DNA of 64,000 bases, taken from contig NC_089429.1 in NCBI RefSeq assembly GCF_026210795.1, positions 1,860,001 to 1,924,000 on the forward strand, in the 5' to 3' direction. Origin of the DNA: Rhizophagus irregularis. Taxonomy: Eukaryota. The translations under genes and the position numbers were made by a program. Positions 36,546 to 49,530 of the stretch are shown piece by piece. The notes beneath the pieces are model-generated. The model did no database searches and had not been told where the DNA came from. It was given only the letters and a program-made list of their open reading frames with translations. Within the stretch, counting starts at the first letter, position 1. Each line of letters begins with the position of its first letter.

Positions 36546-38150
36546 ATGGCATGTTCAAAAATATTTTCAGGAAATCTGCCTGAATTAACAAGTAAAATTA
36601 TGCAGAATTTTCAAGAAGATTTTTCGACATTACATTCATGTGTTTTAGTTAGTAGGTCATGGTGTCGTTTGGCAATTCCATTATTGTGGGAGGACCCATT
36701 TTATAAGTATCTTCCTAAAAATTATCATTTTATTGATATTTACTTAGATAAATTAAAGAAAGATGACAAAGTAAAATTAAATGAATATGGAATTATTACA
36801 GATTTATTTCCCTCAAATACATTATTTAATTATCCTAAATTTATTAAATGTTTAAATATAAAAAATACTGTTTCTTCCATTAAAAATTGGATTGAAAATG
36901 CAAAAGTTTCATCTTATGATAAAGATTTGAAATTGTCAAATTTTATTTTTTTTTCATTAATCAAAGTATTTATTGAAAATGAAGCTAGTTTACATACTTT
37001 TGAAGTTCAATATATTTTTAATAGTGATTATTTTAAATCCTCCTTTCAACTAATCCTACAAAATCCAAATTTCATTTGTAACGTTAAAGACCTAAAATTT
37101 GATTTTCGCAGATTAACTAGTAATTTATTGTCATCACTAAAATGTTTTTATTCTAATTGTAAATCAATTTCATCACTTTATATTTATTCTTTGATAGAAA
37201 ATTATGCTGTAAAAGATTTATCTAAAATAATTCATTCACAACAAAACCTTAAAAAGATTTGTTTTGATTCTGAAATTTGTATTTTAAAAAGTTTAAAGAA
37301 TTCCAATTGTTCAAATACCTTAAAAACGATTATATTTTATGGAATTGATTTCGAGAATTTGAAATTTGATTTTAATGAGATATTTGAACAATTAAATGTT
37401 TTAGAGTCTATTCATATTCTTTATTGCTCTTCTCCTTTAAATTCTACCATTATTCAACAAATTGTTAATTTAACTAAACCATTTAAATTGAAATCCTTAT
37501 TTATAGATGAATTTTATGCAACACAAATTGAGTCATTAAAATTATTATTACAAAAGTCGGGTAATTATTTGGAAAATATTGGATTTGAATTATCAATGGA
37601 TCATGAAACTGATCTACAATTCATTAAATTGATCAAAATTTATTGTAATAATATTATATTTTTAGAAGTATTTGGATATGGTGATCAAAATATTTTCGCA
37701 TCATTTGATTTAATTAAAAATGTTCAACAAAATCTTAATTATCTTACTATTAATTCTCAATCAAAACTTAGTTCAATTATATTACGAAATTTGAGACAAA
37801 TTCTTCCTAATAGATTAGAATATTTAAGTTTGGATCTTAAATTCAGTATAAACGATTTGGAAGTGTTGTTTAAAGATACTAAAAATGTTTTTATTAGGAA
37901 ATTATTAATCATAAATAGGCAAGAAAGCGATGACATTTTACCTTGCATTAAGAAATATATTATGAAAGAAAAAAGGGTCGCATATTTAGCTGTAAAGGTT
38001 TTTTTTATTTCCTCTAATAGAGTAACAACTATAAAGGATCTTTTTCATTCAAAGGATGAAGTAGAAGAGTTTAAACTTTATGATATTCAAGTTACAAATT
38101 ATGATGTTTCACGCATTCAAGTTTGTAAATTTATAAATGAAATGTATTAG
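36546..38150 (+). CDS. F-box-like/LRR protein, 534 aa (subfamily B)
   Basis: MACSKIFSGNLPEL..DFSTLHSC..WCRLAIPLLWEDPF. Confidence 0.88.
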   Translation: MACSKIFSGNLPELTSKIMQNFQEDFSTLHSCVLVSRSWCRLAIPLLWEDPFYKYLPKNYHFIDIYLDKLKKDDKVKLNEYGIITDLFPSNTLFNYPKFIKCLNIKNTVSSIKNWIENAKVSSYDKDLKLSNFIFFSLIKVFIENEASLHTFEVQYIFNSDYFKSSFQLILQNPNFICNVKDLKFDFRRLTSNLLSSLKCFYSNCKSISSLYIYSLIENYAVKDLSKIIHSQQNLKKICFDSEICILKSLKNSNCSNTLKTIIFYGIDFENLKFDFNEIFEQLNVLESIHILYCSSPLNSTIIQQIVNLTKPFKLKSLFIDEFYATQIESLKLLLQKSGNYLENIGFELSMDHETDLQFIKLIKIYCNNIIFLEVFGYGDQNIFASFDLIKNVQQNLNYLTINSQSKLSSIILRNLRQILPNRLEYLSLDLKFSINDLEVLFKDTKNVFIRKLLIINRQESDDILPCIKKYIMKEKRVAYLAVKVFFISSNRVTTIKDLFHSKDEVEEFKLYDIQVTNYDVSRIQVCKFINEMY

Positions 38151-39164
38151 TTATTTATATTTATACGTAAACAAGATTATATATTCAAATTTATTTAACA
38201 AAATTTTATCGCTGTGGAATTGATATAAATGTAACATTGCAGTACGAGATCTAGAAGCTGAATCTGGAAGATAACTTATAAAACCTTTACTTATGCAACA
38301 AAATAACTAATTTTTAATGCATTATTAGCTTATGTATTAACAAATAAGTCATCCAAAGAATAAAATATTATGTAATAGTAACTATCATTATGTAACAGTA
38401 TGTATTTTTCCTTCTTTTTTTCTTATTATTAAATTATTAGAAGTCCTACAATCGAATAAAGTAATATTTTATTAACAATCGTAGGATTATTATAACTAAT
38501 ATAAGTTATTGTGATGGTTCAACGATAGTATATAAAAATATAAGTAGGTATTTATATGATATTTTCATTTGATGTTAAAACTTATTGAATAACAAATTTA
38601 AATTAAAAAACTAATTTATAATTGCAAATATATTTTATAGCAAAAAATATCAATCATCGAAATCAACATTATTCCAATAGTCTAACCAATAACTATTATT
38701 TAATATTCATTTTAAAATCATTTTGTAATCATTGCTTATCAAGATGCAAAATTTATCCCATTCCTTTTTTTGAAAGATAAAATTTGGTTACTAGTTTGAA
38801 AGCCTTAAAGGCAACGTTAAATTCAACATCATACTTATATTTTAGTTAAAGCGAATGAGGCGCACTTTAGATTCTTACTTCTTAATCAAATTTTGTAATA
38901 TCAATTATTGATTGAGCCAATCAATTATTAATCAATCCCGAATTATCAGCTTCAATCAAAATTGAATGGATTTCATGCAAAAAAAAAACTTTTTCTAAAC
39001 TAACAGTTATAGAAAAAAAATACATAGAAAATATCCTTCAATTTTTTTAATTTAGAAGATTAGATGATCGGTATGATTTTTAAATATGATACTATTTTAA
39101 TATTAAAATTTTTAACAAGAATAATAAACGTAAATACCTAAACATATTACACCAACTCAAAATA

Positions 39165-39392
39165 CTAAAAAATCAATAATGGCATCTGAGTCTATATAGA
39201 TTTGATACTGCAAGTATTTGGAAGTACTGTCAAAGCAGTCACGATTGCCATTACTTCTGCCTTGGTGGAAAAAGGTAAGAATGCAATGTTTCCTTTGAAT
39301 ATTGGATGGTTGAGTTAGTATATTCTGTTTCAATCCATCCAAAATCATTTACAAGATATCGTTGCAATCTGTTTAACTGTACCATCAGTATA
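39165..39392 (-). mobile_element. RNase H fragment of a retrotransposon (probably non-LTR)
   Basis: YTDGTVK...(frameshifts)...FKGNIAFLPFSTKAEVMAIVTALTVLPNTCSIKIYIDSDAIID shows the RNase H D-E-D catalytic pattern. Confidence 0.75.
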
Positions 39393-39805
39393 AGGCTAAG
39401 GGAATCAGCGTTGCGCATACAAAACATTTGAAGAATTTTTTTCTAAATTAAACGGCGTTAATGGTGATATTATATTTAATTTTTATTGGCAATTATGTTT
39501 CTAATAAAACATATGGCTATATAAAAAGAGTTAGTAAGAAGGTTCTAAATTAATGTTGCTAGTACAGATTGTATAGTTTCATCACTAGGTATAGTAGACG
39601 TTGATTCGGTATGAAAGTCGATGGATTAGTACGTAACCACCTATATATATTTTTTAGCAGCTTGTGCTCAACAGCTGATTGGTAACATTTAATACAATAC
39701 ATTGATACATTATTAGTATACTTTAATTTTATCAAGTAAATAGTGTAACTTTATTTATTGTAATAATAATATAAAATAATCTAAATTACATACTATAATA
39801 TATAG

Positions 39806-41458
39806 TTAATAAGTTTCTTTTATAAAATCATTAATATCAATAAACAAATCTTTATATTTTAAAACTTGAATATCATATAATTCAATTTCCTCTACTTTGT
39901 CCTTCTGGAAAAACCAATCATTTTCTTCATAATGAAACGTTTCTTTAATAGCCAAATATTTAACTCGTTTCTTTTCCACAATAAATTCTTTTATATATGG
40001 GAAAATATCTTGACCTTCTTTTTCCTTTATTCCATTAATTAACAATTTTTTAATAAAATTATTTTGTAAATTTCTTAAGAATATTTCTAAATCATTTGTA
40101 TTAATTCTAAGAATTAAATCCAAATATTCCAATCTAACGGGAAGAATTTGTCCTAAATTTCGTAATATAATTGAACTAGCATCATAATAATGATCATTAT
40201 AGCTAATAACAAAGGGATCAATAAAAAGATAATTAAGATTTTGATTAATAAGTTCAATTAAGTTGAATACTAAATGAATACTCTGACTATTCGGCCAAGT
40301 AGGAACCAAACATTTAATTTTGCTACAATACTTTATAATTAATTGTAGTAATCTTTGTGATCTTGATCTACTGTAAATAAATCCAAGATTTTCTAAATAA
40401 TCGCCAGACTTTTCTATTAATGGCTCTAATAATTCATCGTTTTCATCCATTAAATCCAAAAATAAAGATTTCAATTTAAATGGTTTAATAATATTATTAA
40501 TTTGTTGAGTAAATTTATAATCTATACTATCACAATAAATAATATGAATTGATTCTAAAACATTCAAATAATTAAATACTTCACTTAAAACATCTATTTT
40601 TTCAAAATCAACGAAATAAAATATAATTGAATTTAATGTATTTGAACAATTAGTATTTTTTAATGATAACAATACTAAATTGTCCAAGAATCGACCATTA
40701 CAGTCAAATGAAATTTTTTTAATATTTTTTTGAGATTTAATTATTTGTAATGAAATTTTTTTAATTGTTGAATTATGAAATTTTAAATAAAGTGATGAAA
40801 TTGGATTACAATAATTAGTAGAATCGAGAAATCTAATAAATTTTATTATGTTATTATTTATTATGATATCAAAATAAAATGTTAAACTTTTAATATTATT
40901 AATGAAATTCGGGTTTTGTAAAATTAATTCAATAATCAAATCAAAATATATCATATCAGGATTATTAAATATTTTAACTTCAAAACAATGTAAATTGACT
41001 TCGTTTTCAATGAATATTAGAAATAATGATTTAAACATTAATTTTGTAAAGTTTGACGGTAAATTTCTATTTCGTATGGAGGTTATAAGAGTACTACTAC
41101 CAACGGCTTTAGTCCATCTTTCAATAGATTTACGAACTTTACTTGTATCTAAACGTTGAATGAATCTAGAATAATTAAATAATGTATTTGATGAAAATAA
41201 ATGATAATCAATTTCATAATCATTTAATTTTGCTTTATCATTATCATTCAAATAATGCAAATAAATTTCGATAAAACGATAATTTTTAGGAAATTTCTTT
41301 GAAAAAGGATCTTCCCATAATAATGGGATCGCTATACGAACCCAGAATCTATTAACCAATATACATGAATGTAATGTTTTATAATCATAATGAAAATATC
41401 GTATAACTTTGTCTAATAATTCAGGTAAATCTCCTGAAAATAACTTTGAGCATGTCAT
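39806..41458 (-). CDS. F-box-like/LRR protein, 550 aa
   Basis: MTCSKLFSGDLPEL start and family motifs. Confidence 0.88.
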   Translation of the reverse strand: MTCSKLFSGDLPELLDKVIRYFHYDYKTLHSCILVNRFWVRIAIPLLWEDPFSKKFPKNYRFIEIYLHYLNDNDKAKLNDYEIDYHLFSSNTLFNYSRFIQRLDTSKVRKSIERWTKAVGSSTLITSIRNRNLPSNFTKLMFKSLFLIFIENEVNLHCFEVKIFNNPDMIYFDLIIELILQNPNFINNIKSLTFYFDIIINNNIIKFIRFLDSTNYCNPISSLYLKFHNSTIKKISLQIIKSQKNIKKISFDCNGRFLDNLVLLSLKNTNCSNTLNSIIFYFVDFEKIDVLSEVFNYLNVLESIHIIYCDSIDYKFTQQINNIIKPFKLKSLFLDLMDENDELLEPLIEKSGDYLENLGFIYSRSRSQRLLQLIIKYCSKIKCLVPTWPNSQSIHLVFNLIELINQNLNYLFIDPFVISYNDHYYDASSIILRNLGQILPVRLEYLDLILRINTNDLEIFLRNLQNNFIKKLLINGIKEKEGQDIFPYIKEFIVEKKRVKYLAIKETFHYEENDWFFQKDKVEEIELYDIQVLKYKDLFIDINDFIKETY

Positions 41459-42292
41459 ATTGTCAAACGAAAAGAAAGAGGAGAGAAAAGGATATTTCAA
41501 AATTAGGAAGGTATGTCAAAATATGATAAATTTATTATATAATTTCGGAGCGGCAATTCCGCTGGTTACACATGTTATTTATACAATGATCTGATTATTA
41601 AAAAATATTGTATGACAACTATCGGAATTTCGATCAACCGGTTATGTAACTGTATAAGCCTCCTATTATTTAAACTAGATAGATAATGTATATTTAATTA
41701 AATAAATTTATTTTATATTTTTTATATTTTTAATCTACTGTTTTTTGCGACTATGCTGCTGACATTCACGTGCAAGTTTTTTTGGCATTCTTTGAGAGCT
41801 TTACTATTCATTTTTATTATATATAATTTTATAAAAAATTTTTGTGGCTGATTTATAAGGTTGATGATCCTTTTTGGAATCCCGCAAATAACTGTTGACG
41901 AATGGAAGCAGGGTTACACAATTTAGTACAGGTAATCTGAACGTGACACCACGTGACTGCAACGATTTTATCGAGCGTGACTGCGTGACTTTGATTTGTA
42001 TTTTTTGTTCTAATAAAGCAAAGTTTAAGAACTTTGGACAAATTACTGTATATAAACCTTAGTAATTAAATGAGAATTGTTCAGGAGGTACAGTAAATAT
42101 CTATATAATAAATAAAAGATTGTGTAATCGTTATATTTAGAGTGACCCGTATATGCGTCTGATATATCCGTGTTTTTTAAATTTGTACCATGTTGATTAT
42201 TAATGTAATTAAATTGTTTTTTTAGAAATTAACTTATTAAGTTAATATGCATTATTTATATCCTGGCTAATTAGGAATAAATAAAATTTTAC

Positions 42293-42340
42293 TAGAATCG
42301 GACAAATGATCGGCCGATGGACCGATCATTTCCGATTCTA
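42293..42340. repeat. 48-bp near-perfect hairpin, possibly a collapsed TIR element
   Basis: tagaatcgga-caaatgatcgg..ccgatcattt-ccgattcta. Confidence 0.65.
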
Positions 42341-42494
42341 AAATAATTCACCCGCCATTTACACATTAGTAAGCATTTTATAGTATATCATCTCATATTT
42401 ATTGTTGAATACTATTTCTTTCGCTTGGTTTTTTTTTCATTTAAAAAAAAATGATCAAAAATTTTAAAAAGCTTCAGAACTAAAAGAAAGTTTT

Positions 42495-42795
42495 CCTTAT
42501 TAGAAAATTTTTTAACAAGGAGATCTTTTTTTTTCGATAGAGAATTTTATTAAAGAAGTTTTTTTTAATAGGAGGGAGTTCTTCTTGATAAAGAATTTTT
42601 TTTTGAGAATTTTTTAATAAGATGAAAATATTTTTAAGGAAAGAATATTTTTTTAACAAGGGTTTTATCGAAAATAATTTTTTTAATAAGGGTATTGAGA
42701 ATTTTGGCTTGAAATTTCGTTAGATCTGTTAGATCTATTTTATAGAATATTTATTGGAAAATTTTATTGGAAAATTTTGTAATTTTAATAAATTT
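42495..42795 (+). mobile_element. Partial copy of the inner arm of the 23491-27501 element
   Basis: Shares ttttttaataggagggagtt..ttgataaagaatt and aataagggtat.gagaattttggcttgaaattt with 24470-25165. Confidence 0.7.
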
Positions 42796-42799
42796 ATAA

Positions 42800-43153
42800 A
42801 TTAATTAGAAAAAATGTATTTGTAACAGCCTGTTATATATCTTATTTGTAACATCCTTTTTTTATTTTTTTTTAATAATAAATTTAATATGTGTTTCACA
42901 AATAAAATTTTTATATGCCAAATTTAATTTGGAAAACTTTTACTTAATGTACTTAAGACAGTTTCATAGACAAAATTTTAAGTTATAAGCAGTTTCTTGA
43001 AATTTTTTAAAAAATTCTTTTGTCTTAGTTACACAACTGATCTTTTGTTTTTGTTTACATTACGCCTGATCTTAAATTTTAATTGGATAAAATTGGGGGT
43101 TGTTACAAATAAGACGCGTAACAGGCTGTTACAATTAGATTTATCCAATTAAT
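42800..43153. mobile_element. MITE-like element, about 350 bp
   Basis: Inverted repeat core tgtaacagcctgtta..tcttatttgtaaca from 42821, with reverse copy ending 43133, extending imperfectly outward; TSD unclear. Confidence 0.65.
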
Positions 43154-43912
43154 TATTATTTATTTTTAATATATTTATATTGTAAATATAATTTATATCA
43201 TTCTAACATAATTATACTGTAAATATAGCTGTATTATTCTAATATAATCATATTGTAAATTTAATTTGCCATATACTTTTATATTTTAAATTAATATATA
43301 ATTACTATTATCCTTATTGACTAATTATTAACTCTAGTAAATAAACGAAACTATATACCATCTATTAGTTAATTAAATATATATATACATTGAAAGAAAA
43401 TTCTGATTTATATTTAGAAAAATTTAAGTATTATACGATACTAAGTTCATTGGTTCAGGTGAAAAGCAACAGGTTACTATATTTAATTTATATCAAATAT
43501 TACAAGACATATCTGCCGACGGAAGAAACGTAATATTTATTATTTCACAACCTCTAATTTCAATTGCGTTACATGAACATCTTGTGCGGACTAGATAAAA
43601 AAATGTAATACCATTCATAAATACAAATAAACAATGCAAAGTTTAAAGAGATTTATCGTTCTGGTACAGACAAGCCTTTCATGTTATTAAATATAATAAT
43701 TAACTATATTTATTTTTAAAAGTTTTGGCATGCAAAGTTGTAAACACTACTAGTAATTATAAGATTTTGTGTGATTTGATTCTAATATTATAATTTAAAA
43801 AATTTTGGGTAATTATATATTTTTTTCAAGTTAGGCAAATTTTATATTCAAAATCTGAGAGTATGTGACCTTTTTAATACCATATCAATAATAAATTTTA
43901 TTTTAATATTAT

Positions 43913-43980
43913 CCCTATAAAAAATTTTTCAGAAAAATGATCATTTATCGGAGTTTTTTTTTTCAGAATTTTTTATAGGG
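43913..43980. repeat. 68-bp mini inverted-repeat element
   Basis: ccctataaaaaatt ... aattttttataggg. Confidence 0.55.
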
Positions 43981-44091
43981 TGTTAGAACCACCACATTTA
44001 AAGCTTTATTAGAATTATAAGCTAATGAAAAAAATATCTATATATTTTTTGAGTCACATGACTAAAATTTGCATCATACCAAATAAGGATT

Positions 44092-44282
44092 GCACCTCTG
44101 AAATCTGTGACAGGTTATGCCGATCGCGGTGACAGATAACGGGTGACAAATAATTTTTTGGCACGAAAAAAATTCTAAGTCCCTCAGATACTTAGTGTTT
44201 TTGAACTCGTGGCTGCACGTGAACAGGTGACGCGTATACATCACTCCTTCCTATCTCCACCTGTCACAGATTTCAGAAATGC
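44092..44282. mobile_element. 191-bp Mutator-like MITE
   Basis: TIR GCACCTCTGAAATCTGTGACAGG / CCTGTCACAGATTTCAGAAATGC; 9-bp TSD ATAAGGATT at 44083-44091 and 44283-44291. Confidence 0.85.
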
Positions 44283-44497
44283 ATAAGGATTCCGATGTAA
44301 ACTCGCGTTTACTTAAATTAAGATTAGATAGCTGCGGTTATTTAATTATTGCATTGCGATTACACTAATTATAGACATGTCATGATCAGCTGATCCATTG
44401 TGTCTCGGGGGAATAGAAACTCCGAAACATTATATAAATTTTGTTGAAAATTTGAAAATTTTAAATCATAATATTCACCCTTTCCTTCTTTTTCAAT

Positions 44498-46099
44498 ATG
44501 GCATGTTCAAAATTTTTTTCAGGAGATTTACCTGAATTAACAAATGAAATTATACAGTATTTTCGGAATGATTTTTCTACATTACATTCATGTATTTTAG
44601 TTAATAGATTATGGTGTCGTTTGGCGATTCCATCATTGTGGGAGGACCCGTTCTCAAAGGGGTATCCTAAAAATTATCACTTTATTGATATTTACTTACA
44701 CAAATTAAATGATGACGACAAAATAAAATTGAATGAATATGGAATTAATACTGAAGTGCTTCCTTCAAATATATTATTTAATTATTCTAGTTATATTAAA
44801 TGTCTAAACACATACAGAGTTCGTAGTACTATTGAAACCTGGGCTATAAACGCAATGGTTTCAAACTTTGACGCAGTTTTGAAATTGTCAAGTTTTATTT
44901 TCATATCATTAATCAAAATATTTATTGAAAATGAAGCTACTTTATATACTTTTGAATTTAGACTTCTATATGACAAGGATTTAAGTAGTTATGTTTGTTT
45001 CAATTCCGCTTTTCAGTTAATCTTACAAAATCCCAATTTTATCTGTAATGTTAAAAATCTGAAAATTTATTTAAATAGTTATAGTGATTTATCACTATTT
45101 ATGAAATGCTTTTATTATAATTGCAGATCAATTTCATCACTTTATGTTCATTCTTTAATAGATGATCCTGTTGAAAAAGGTTTATCCAACCTGATTAATT
45201 CACAACAAAACCTTAAAATAATTCATATTGATTGTAGTAATAATTCTTTAAAAAATTTTCAAATTTCTAATTGTTCAAATACTTTAAAATCAATTATATT
45301 TCATAAGACTTATTTAGAATATTTGGGAATTAATTTTAATGAGATTTTTGATCAATTAAATGTTTTAGATTCTATTCATATTCTTTATTGTTATTCTTTA
45401 AGCTCTACTATTATTCAGCAAATTATTAATCTAACTAAACCATTTAAATTAAGATCTTTATTTATGGATAGAAGTTCTATATTACAAATTGATTTATTAA
45501 TATTATTATTACAAAAGTCTGGTAATTATTTAGAAAATATTGGATTTAGATCATCAATAAATAACAATTATAAACTACAAGCATTTAAATTAGTTAAGAT
45601 TCATTGTAATAAAATCAAATTTATAGATTTACAAGGATTTGATGATAAAAATATTTTTTCAGCATTAAATTTAATTGAAAATATTCAACAAAATCTTAAT
45701 TATCTTTCAATTTGTTTGTCAAAATTTGGTTTATATCAATCAGATAATCTTAGTTCACTTATATTACAAAATTTAGGACAAATTCTTCCTAATAGATTAG
45801 AATATTTAAGTTTGGATCTTAAAATCAATATAAATGATTTGAAAGTATTTTTCAATAATTCTCAAAATGTTTTTATTAGGAGGTTTTTAATCAGAGAAAA
45901 GACGCATCAAGATAGTGAAATCATTTTATCTTGTATTAAGCAATATGTTATGAAAGAAAAAAGGGTCGCATATTTAGCTACAGATAGTATTCCTATTGGT
46001 TCTAATGATGTAGAAGAGTTTAAAGTTCATGGTATTCAAGTTATGAGATATGATCAATTACATATTCAAGTTTATGATTTTATAAACGAATTGAGTTAG
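44498..46099 (+). CDS. F-box-like/LRR protein, 533 aa (subfamily B)
   Basis: MACSKFFSGDLPEL..DFSTLHSC and family motifs. Confidence 0.88.
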   Translation: MACSKFFSGDLPELTNEIIQYFRNDFSTLHSCILVNRLWCRLAIPSLWEDPFSKGYPKNYHFIDIYLHKLNDDDKIKLNEYGINTEVLPSNILFNYSSYIKCLNTYRVRSTIETWAINAMVSNFDAVLKLSSFIFISLIKIFIENEATLYTFEFRLLYDKDLSSYVCFNSAFQLILQNPNFICNVKNLKIYLNSYSDLSLFMKCFYYNCRSISSLYVHSLIDDPVEKGLSNLINSQQNLKIIHIDCSNNSLKNFQISNCSNTLKSIIFHKTYLEYLGINFNEIFDQLNVLDSIHILYCYSLSSTIIQQIINLTKPFKLRSLFMDRSSILQIDLLILLLQKSGNYLENIGFRSSINNNYKLQAFKLVKIHCNKIKFIDLQGFDDKNIFSALNLIENIQQNLNYLSICLSKFGLYQSDNLSSLILQNLGQILPNRLEYLSLDLKININDLKVFFNNSQNVFIRRFLIREKTHQDSEIILSCIKQYVMKEKRVAYLATDSIPIGSNDVEEFKVHGIQVMRYDQLHIQVYDFINELS

Positions 46100-46542
46100 T
46101 TATATAATTCTTGAGATTTGTTAAATAATTTTATTTTACAAAATTATAATGGAAAGTTGATAATATAATGAGTAAATGGAAGTGTATGGTTCTTGTAACA
46201 TAAAGTTTTAGATACATTGCAAAATTCATATGACATTATTTTTTTTTATCCAGTATAGTGATAATTTATAAAATTTTTTTTTTTTTTAATAAAGTCCAAC
46301 TGGCTGAGATATGAGCCAATTTCAGTTATTATTTATATCATTTAATTTTATGAAAGAAAGATAATTTTCCAAGATAATAAGAGCGATAGTGTTTATGTAA
46401 AACGAAAAAATACGATTTTTTCATATTATTTATTATTTTTATTCTAGTCAAAATTAATGATAACTAAATTTTATATTAAATATATCTAGTAAAAATAAAA
46501 TTTTGTAAAAGTGGGTATCTAAACGGATTTATTATTATATTA

Positions 46543-46752
46543 TATCAATTCGTGATCCACGAGTCCGTGATCTACGAGTCAATTGCAAATGATCTACAGA
46601 AAATGGGAATCTGGCGTGTCAAATAATGAGAGAAATTTATTAATTTATTTTAAAGAACAAACTATTTGAGACTTTGGGGCTTTATTTAAGGAATGAAAAT
46701 CGGGTATCAGGAAAATATTACTAGTGATCGACTCACGGATCACGAATTAATA
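46543..46752. mobile_element. About 210-bp MITE
   Basis: aattcgtgatccacgagtc ... gactcacggatcacgaatt imperfect TIR. Confidence 0.65.
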
Positions 46753-48016
46753 TTATTTAAGTATTGTACATAAATAATACTATTAATAAATATATTTTAT
46801 AAAAATATTATTTTTACTTCTAAAGAAATATAAAGAGTATTTTTTATTTTATGAAAAAATAAAGAAATATGAAGATTTGTATATAAACAAGTAAAATGTT
46901 TTTAAAAGTCTTATCGCGAGATTATCTTAAAAAGTTAATAATTCCAGCCAGTTTAAGTTTACAAACGTATTTTAATAAGCTAACGAACATTTTTGCACGA
47001 GGCAAAAATTCAAATTAATTAGAAAAATATGTCCTTTTCGAAATTTTTACTTAATTTTTTTTTCAATCAATTTTTACCCTCGCTTTCTTTTTAAAAAGTT
47101 ACCATGCAATCTATATGACTTGACTTTGATTAACCGGAATCTTATTAAAATCTGGTTATAAGAAATCCATGAATATGTTTTATATATATAAGTTATTTTT
47201 AGTTTAAGGTTATATTTATAGTTTATTTTATATATGTATATAGTTTATTTTTTTTATTTTTCTAGTTTATATAGTTTTATTTATTTATTGGGCATATAGA
47301 AGGAAATCGGAGGCTTAGATGTGATGGCTAAGATAGGAGTGGCTTAACTGGACGGCTAAATCGTCTGATCAGCGATAAATCACATTGCCACCTTGATCTA
47401 CAACAAATAGTGAAATAGTACTTTATTTAATAATGCAGTAATATAAAATATTGACACGAGTAATAATCAATACAATGCTTGGTTAATATAATAATGTAAT
47501 ACTAAAAATTAATCTCAAAAATCTCCTTTTTACTTGATCAAATACGCTTCATAAAAATTGTTTGGTCTTCCTTTCTAAACTCTTCCAATATTGATTTTGG
47601 CATCCTTTGATTTTAATAAATCCTTTTCATTTTCATGGTTTCCCGTCAAAAGTATAGTTTTCCACCTTTGATAAATTTTAAATTTCCAAAAATTGATCTT
47701 CAATCCCATTTCTTATTATAATAATATTCCGAACATAGTTCCCAGATCTAATCTAAAATAAATCCGAACACAAGAATAGTTTTACATCGTTACGGATGTT
47801 ACATTCCACAATTATAACACTTTAAAATTTTCTACACTTTTAAAAACTAAATATGATACTGCGTCCTACAATTAATAAATTCACTAGGTAATTCCTGGCA
47901 TTACACCGGAGGGCAAAATTGGCCGGATGGTGAATTTGTTCGATAGACGCGTACGAATTTGTACAGAATTTTGAACGATATATAAGGACCGATTTGCGAA
48001 GGATTTGGGAAGATAT

Positions 48017-49302
48017 AACAGGGCGGACATGCATTATATCACAATGTCGATCACTTGCCGATCATGATATAAGTGATATCACGTTAAATTTGAAGCTTTA
48101 TTCCAAGCAATAAATGTTCTGACAATTTATGTTAAATTATTTTATTTAATAGTTTCAGTTATCAATAAATTAATATAAAAGTATTGTGGCAAAATAAGGT
48201 GTGTTTCCAAAGTTAGATTTTACGTCAAATTTTCAATAATTAATATATATGCTATATATATGCCGATCATCTGCTAACGTGACTTTGAAGCTTCGGGCGA
48301 AGCCACAGATCTTCGGGCGAAACTTGAAACTTTTACAGTATATTATTTAGGTATTCAAGAATCAATGGCTAAAATAAACCTGGATAATTTTTGATAACCC
48401 AAAAGTTATCATTAAATAAATGTTTACAATTATTGTAAAATTAATATATGTCTGATATTTGACAAAATCTTTATGAATTATTTTAAGAACTAATTTATTA
48501 ACAATAAATAAAATAAAGTAAATAAAATCGAAATTTTTTACATTATTATGTAGAATTTGTGAAAAAACTAATTCAACGGTATTTTTTTATGTGATAATAT
48601 TGGACAAGTGATCGGCAAAATGATCGGCAATATCGTGATAATATGGGGATGTCCGCAACAGGGCGGACATGCATTATATCACAATGTCGATCACTTGCCG
48701 ATCATGATATAAGTGATATCACGTTAAATTTGAAGCTTTATTCCAAGCAATAAATGTTCTGACAATTTATGTTAAATTATTTTATTTAATAGTTTCATTT
48801 ATCAATAAATTAATATAAAAGTATTGTGGCAAAATAAGGTGTGTTTCCAAAGTTAGATTTTACGTCAAATTTTCAATAATTAATATATATGCTATATATA
48901 TGCCGATCATCTGCTAACGTGACTTTAAAGCTTCGGGCGAAGCCACAGATCTTCGGGCGAAACTTGAAACTTTTACAGTATATTATTTAGGTATTCAAGA
49001 ATCAATGGCTAAAATAAACCTGGATAATTTTTGATAACCCAAAAGTTATCATTAAATAAATGTTTACAATTATTGTAAAATTAATATATGTCTGATATTT
49101 GACAAAATCTTTATGAATTATTTTAAGAACTAATTTATTAACAATAAATAAAATAAAGTAAATAAAATCGAAATTTTTTACATTATTATGTAGAATTTGT
49201 GAAAAAACTAATTCAACGGTATTTTTTTATGTGATAATATTGGACAAGTGATCGGCAAAATGATCGGCAATATCGTGATAATATGGGGATGTCCGCCCTG
49301 TT
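48017..49302. mobile_element. Head-to-tail dimer of a 646-bp Mutator-like MITE
   Basis: TIR AACAGGGCGGACAT/ATGTCCGCCCTGTT; 9-bp TSD GGAAGATAT at 48008-48016 and 49303-49311; units 48017-48656 and 48657-49302 nearly identical. Confidence 0.9.
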
Positions 49303-49390
49303 GGAAGATATGCGGTTTTTTATTTGATATAGAAATAAATATACGAATATTATAAAGCGCCGACCCTGTGAAATTCAGCTTTACCTTTAA

Positions 49391-49530
49391 TTAATAGTAA
49401 TTTCTTAATAAAAGTGTTTTGTGAATTTTTAAAAATATTTCCAGATCATTTATCCAAAAAGCAAGCGCTAAACATAAATATTCTAATTTTTGAAGTCCTA
49501 AGTTTTGTAACACATTTGGACTTTGAATTA
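49391..49530 (-). pseudogene. C-terminal fragment of the F-box/LRR family
   Basis: VLQNLG..KLEYLCLAL..INDLEIFLK, then a frameshift into NTFIKKLLL. Confidence 0.65.

Noticed and set aside
29039..44976. Recurring antisense ORFs (MKFGFCKINS.. and similar)
   Set aside because: Shadows of conserved sense codons in the F-box paralogs.
47290..48007. Decayed ORF or retroelement end at the MITE-dimer insertion site
   Set aside because: Frames broken and no diagnostic domain; cannot be classified by eye.
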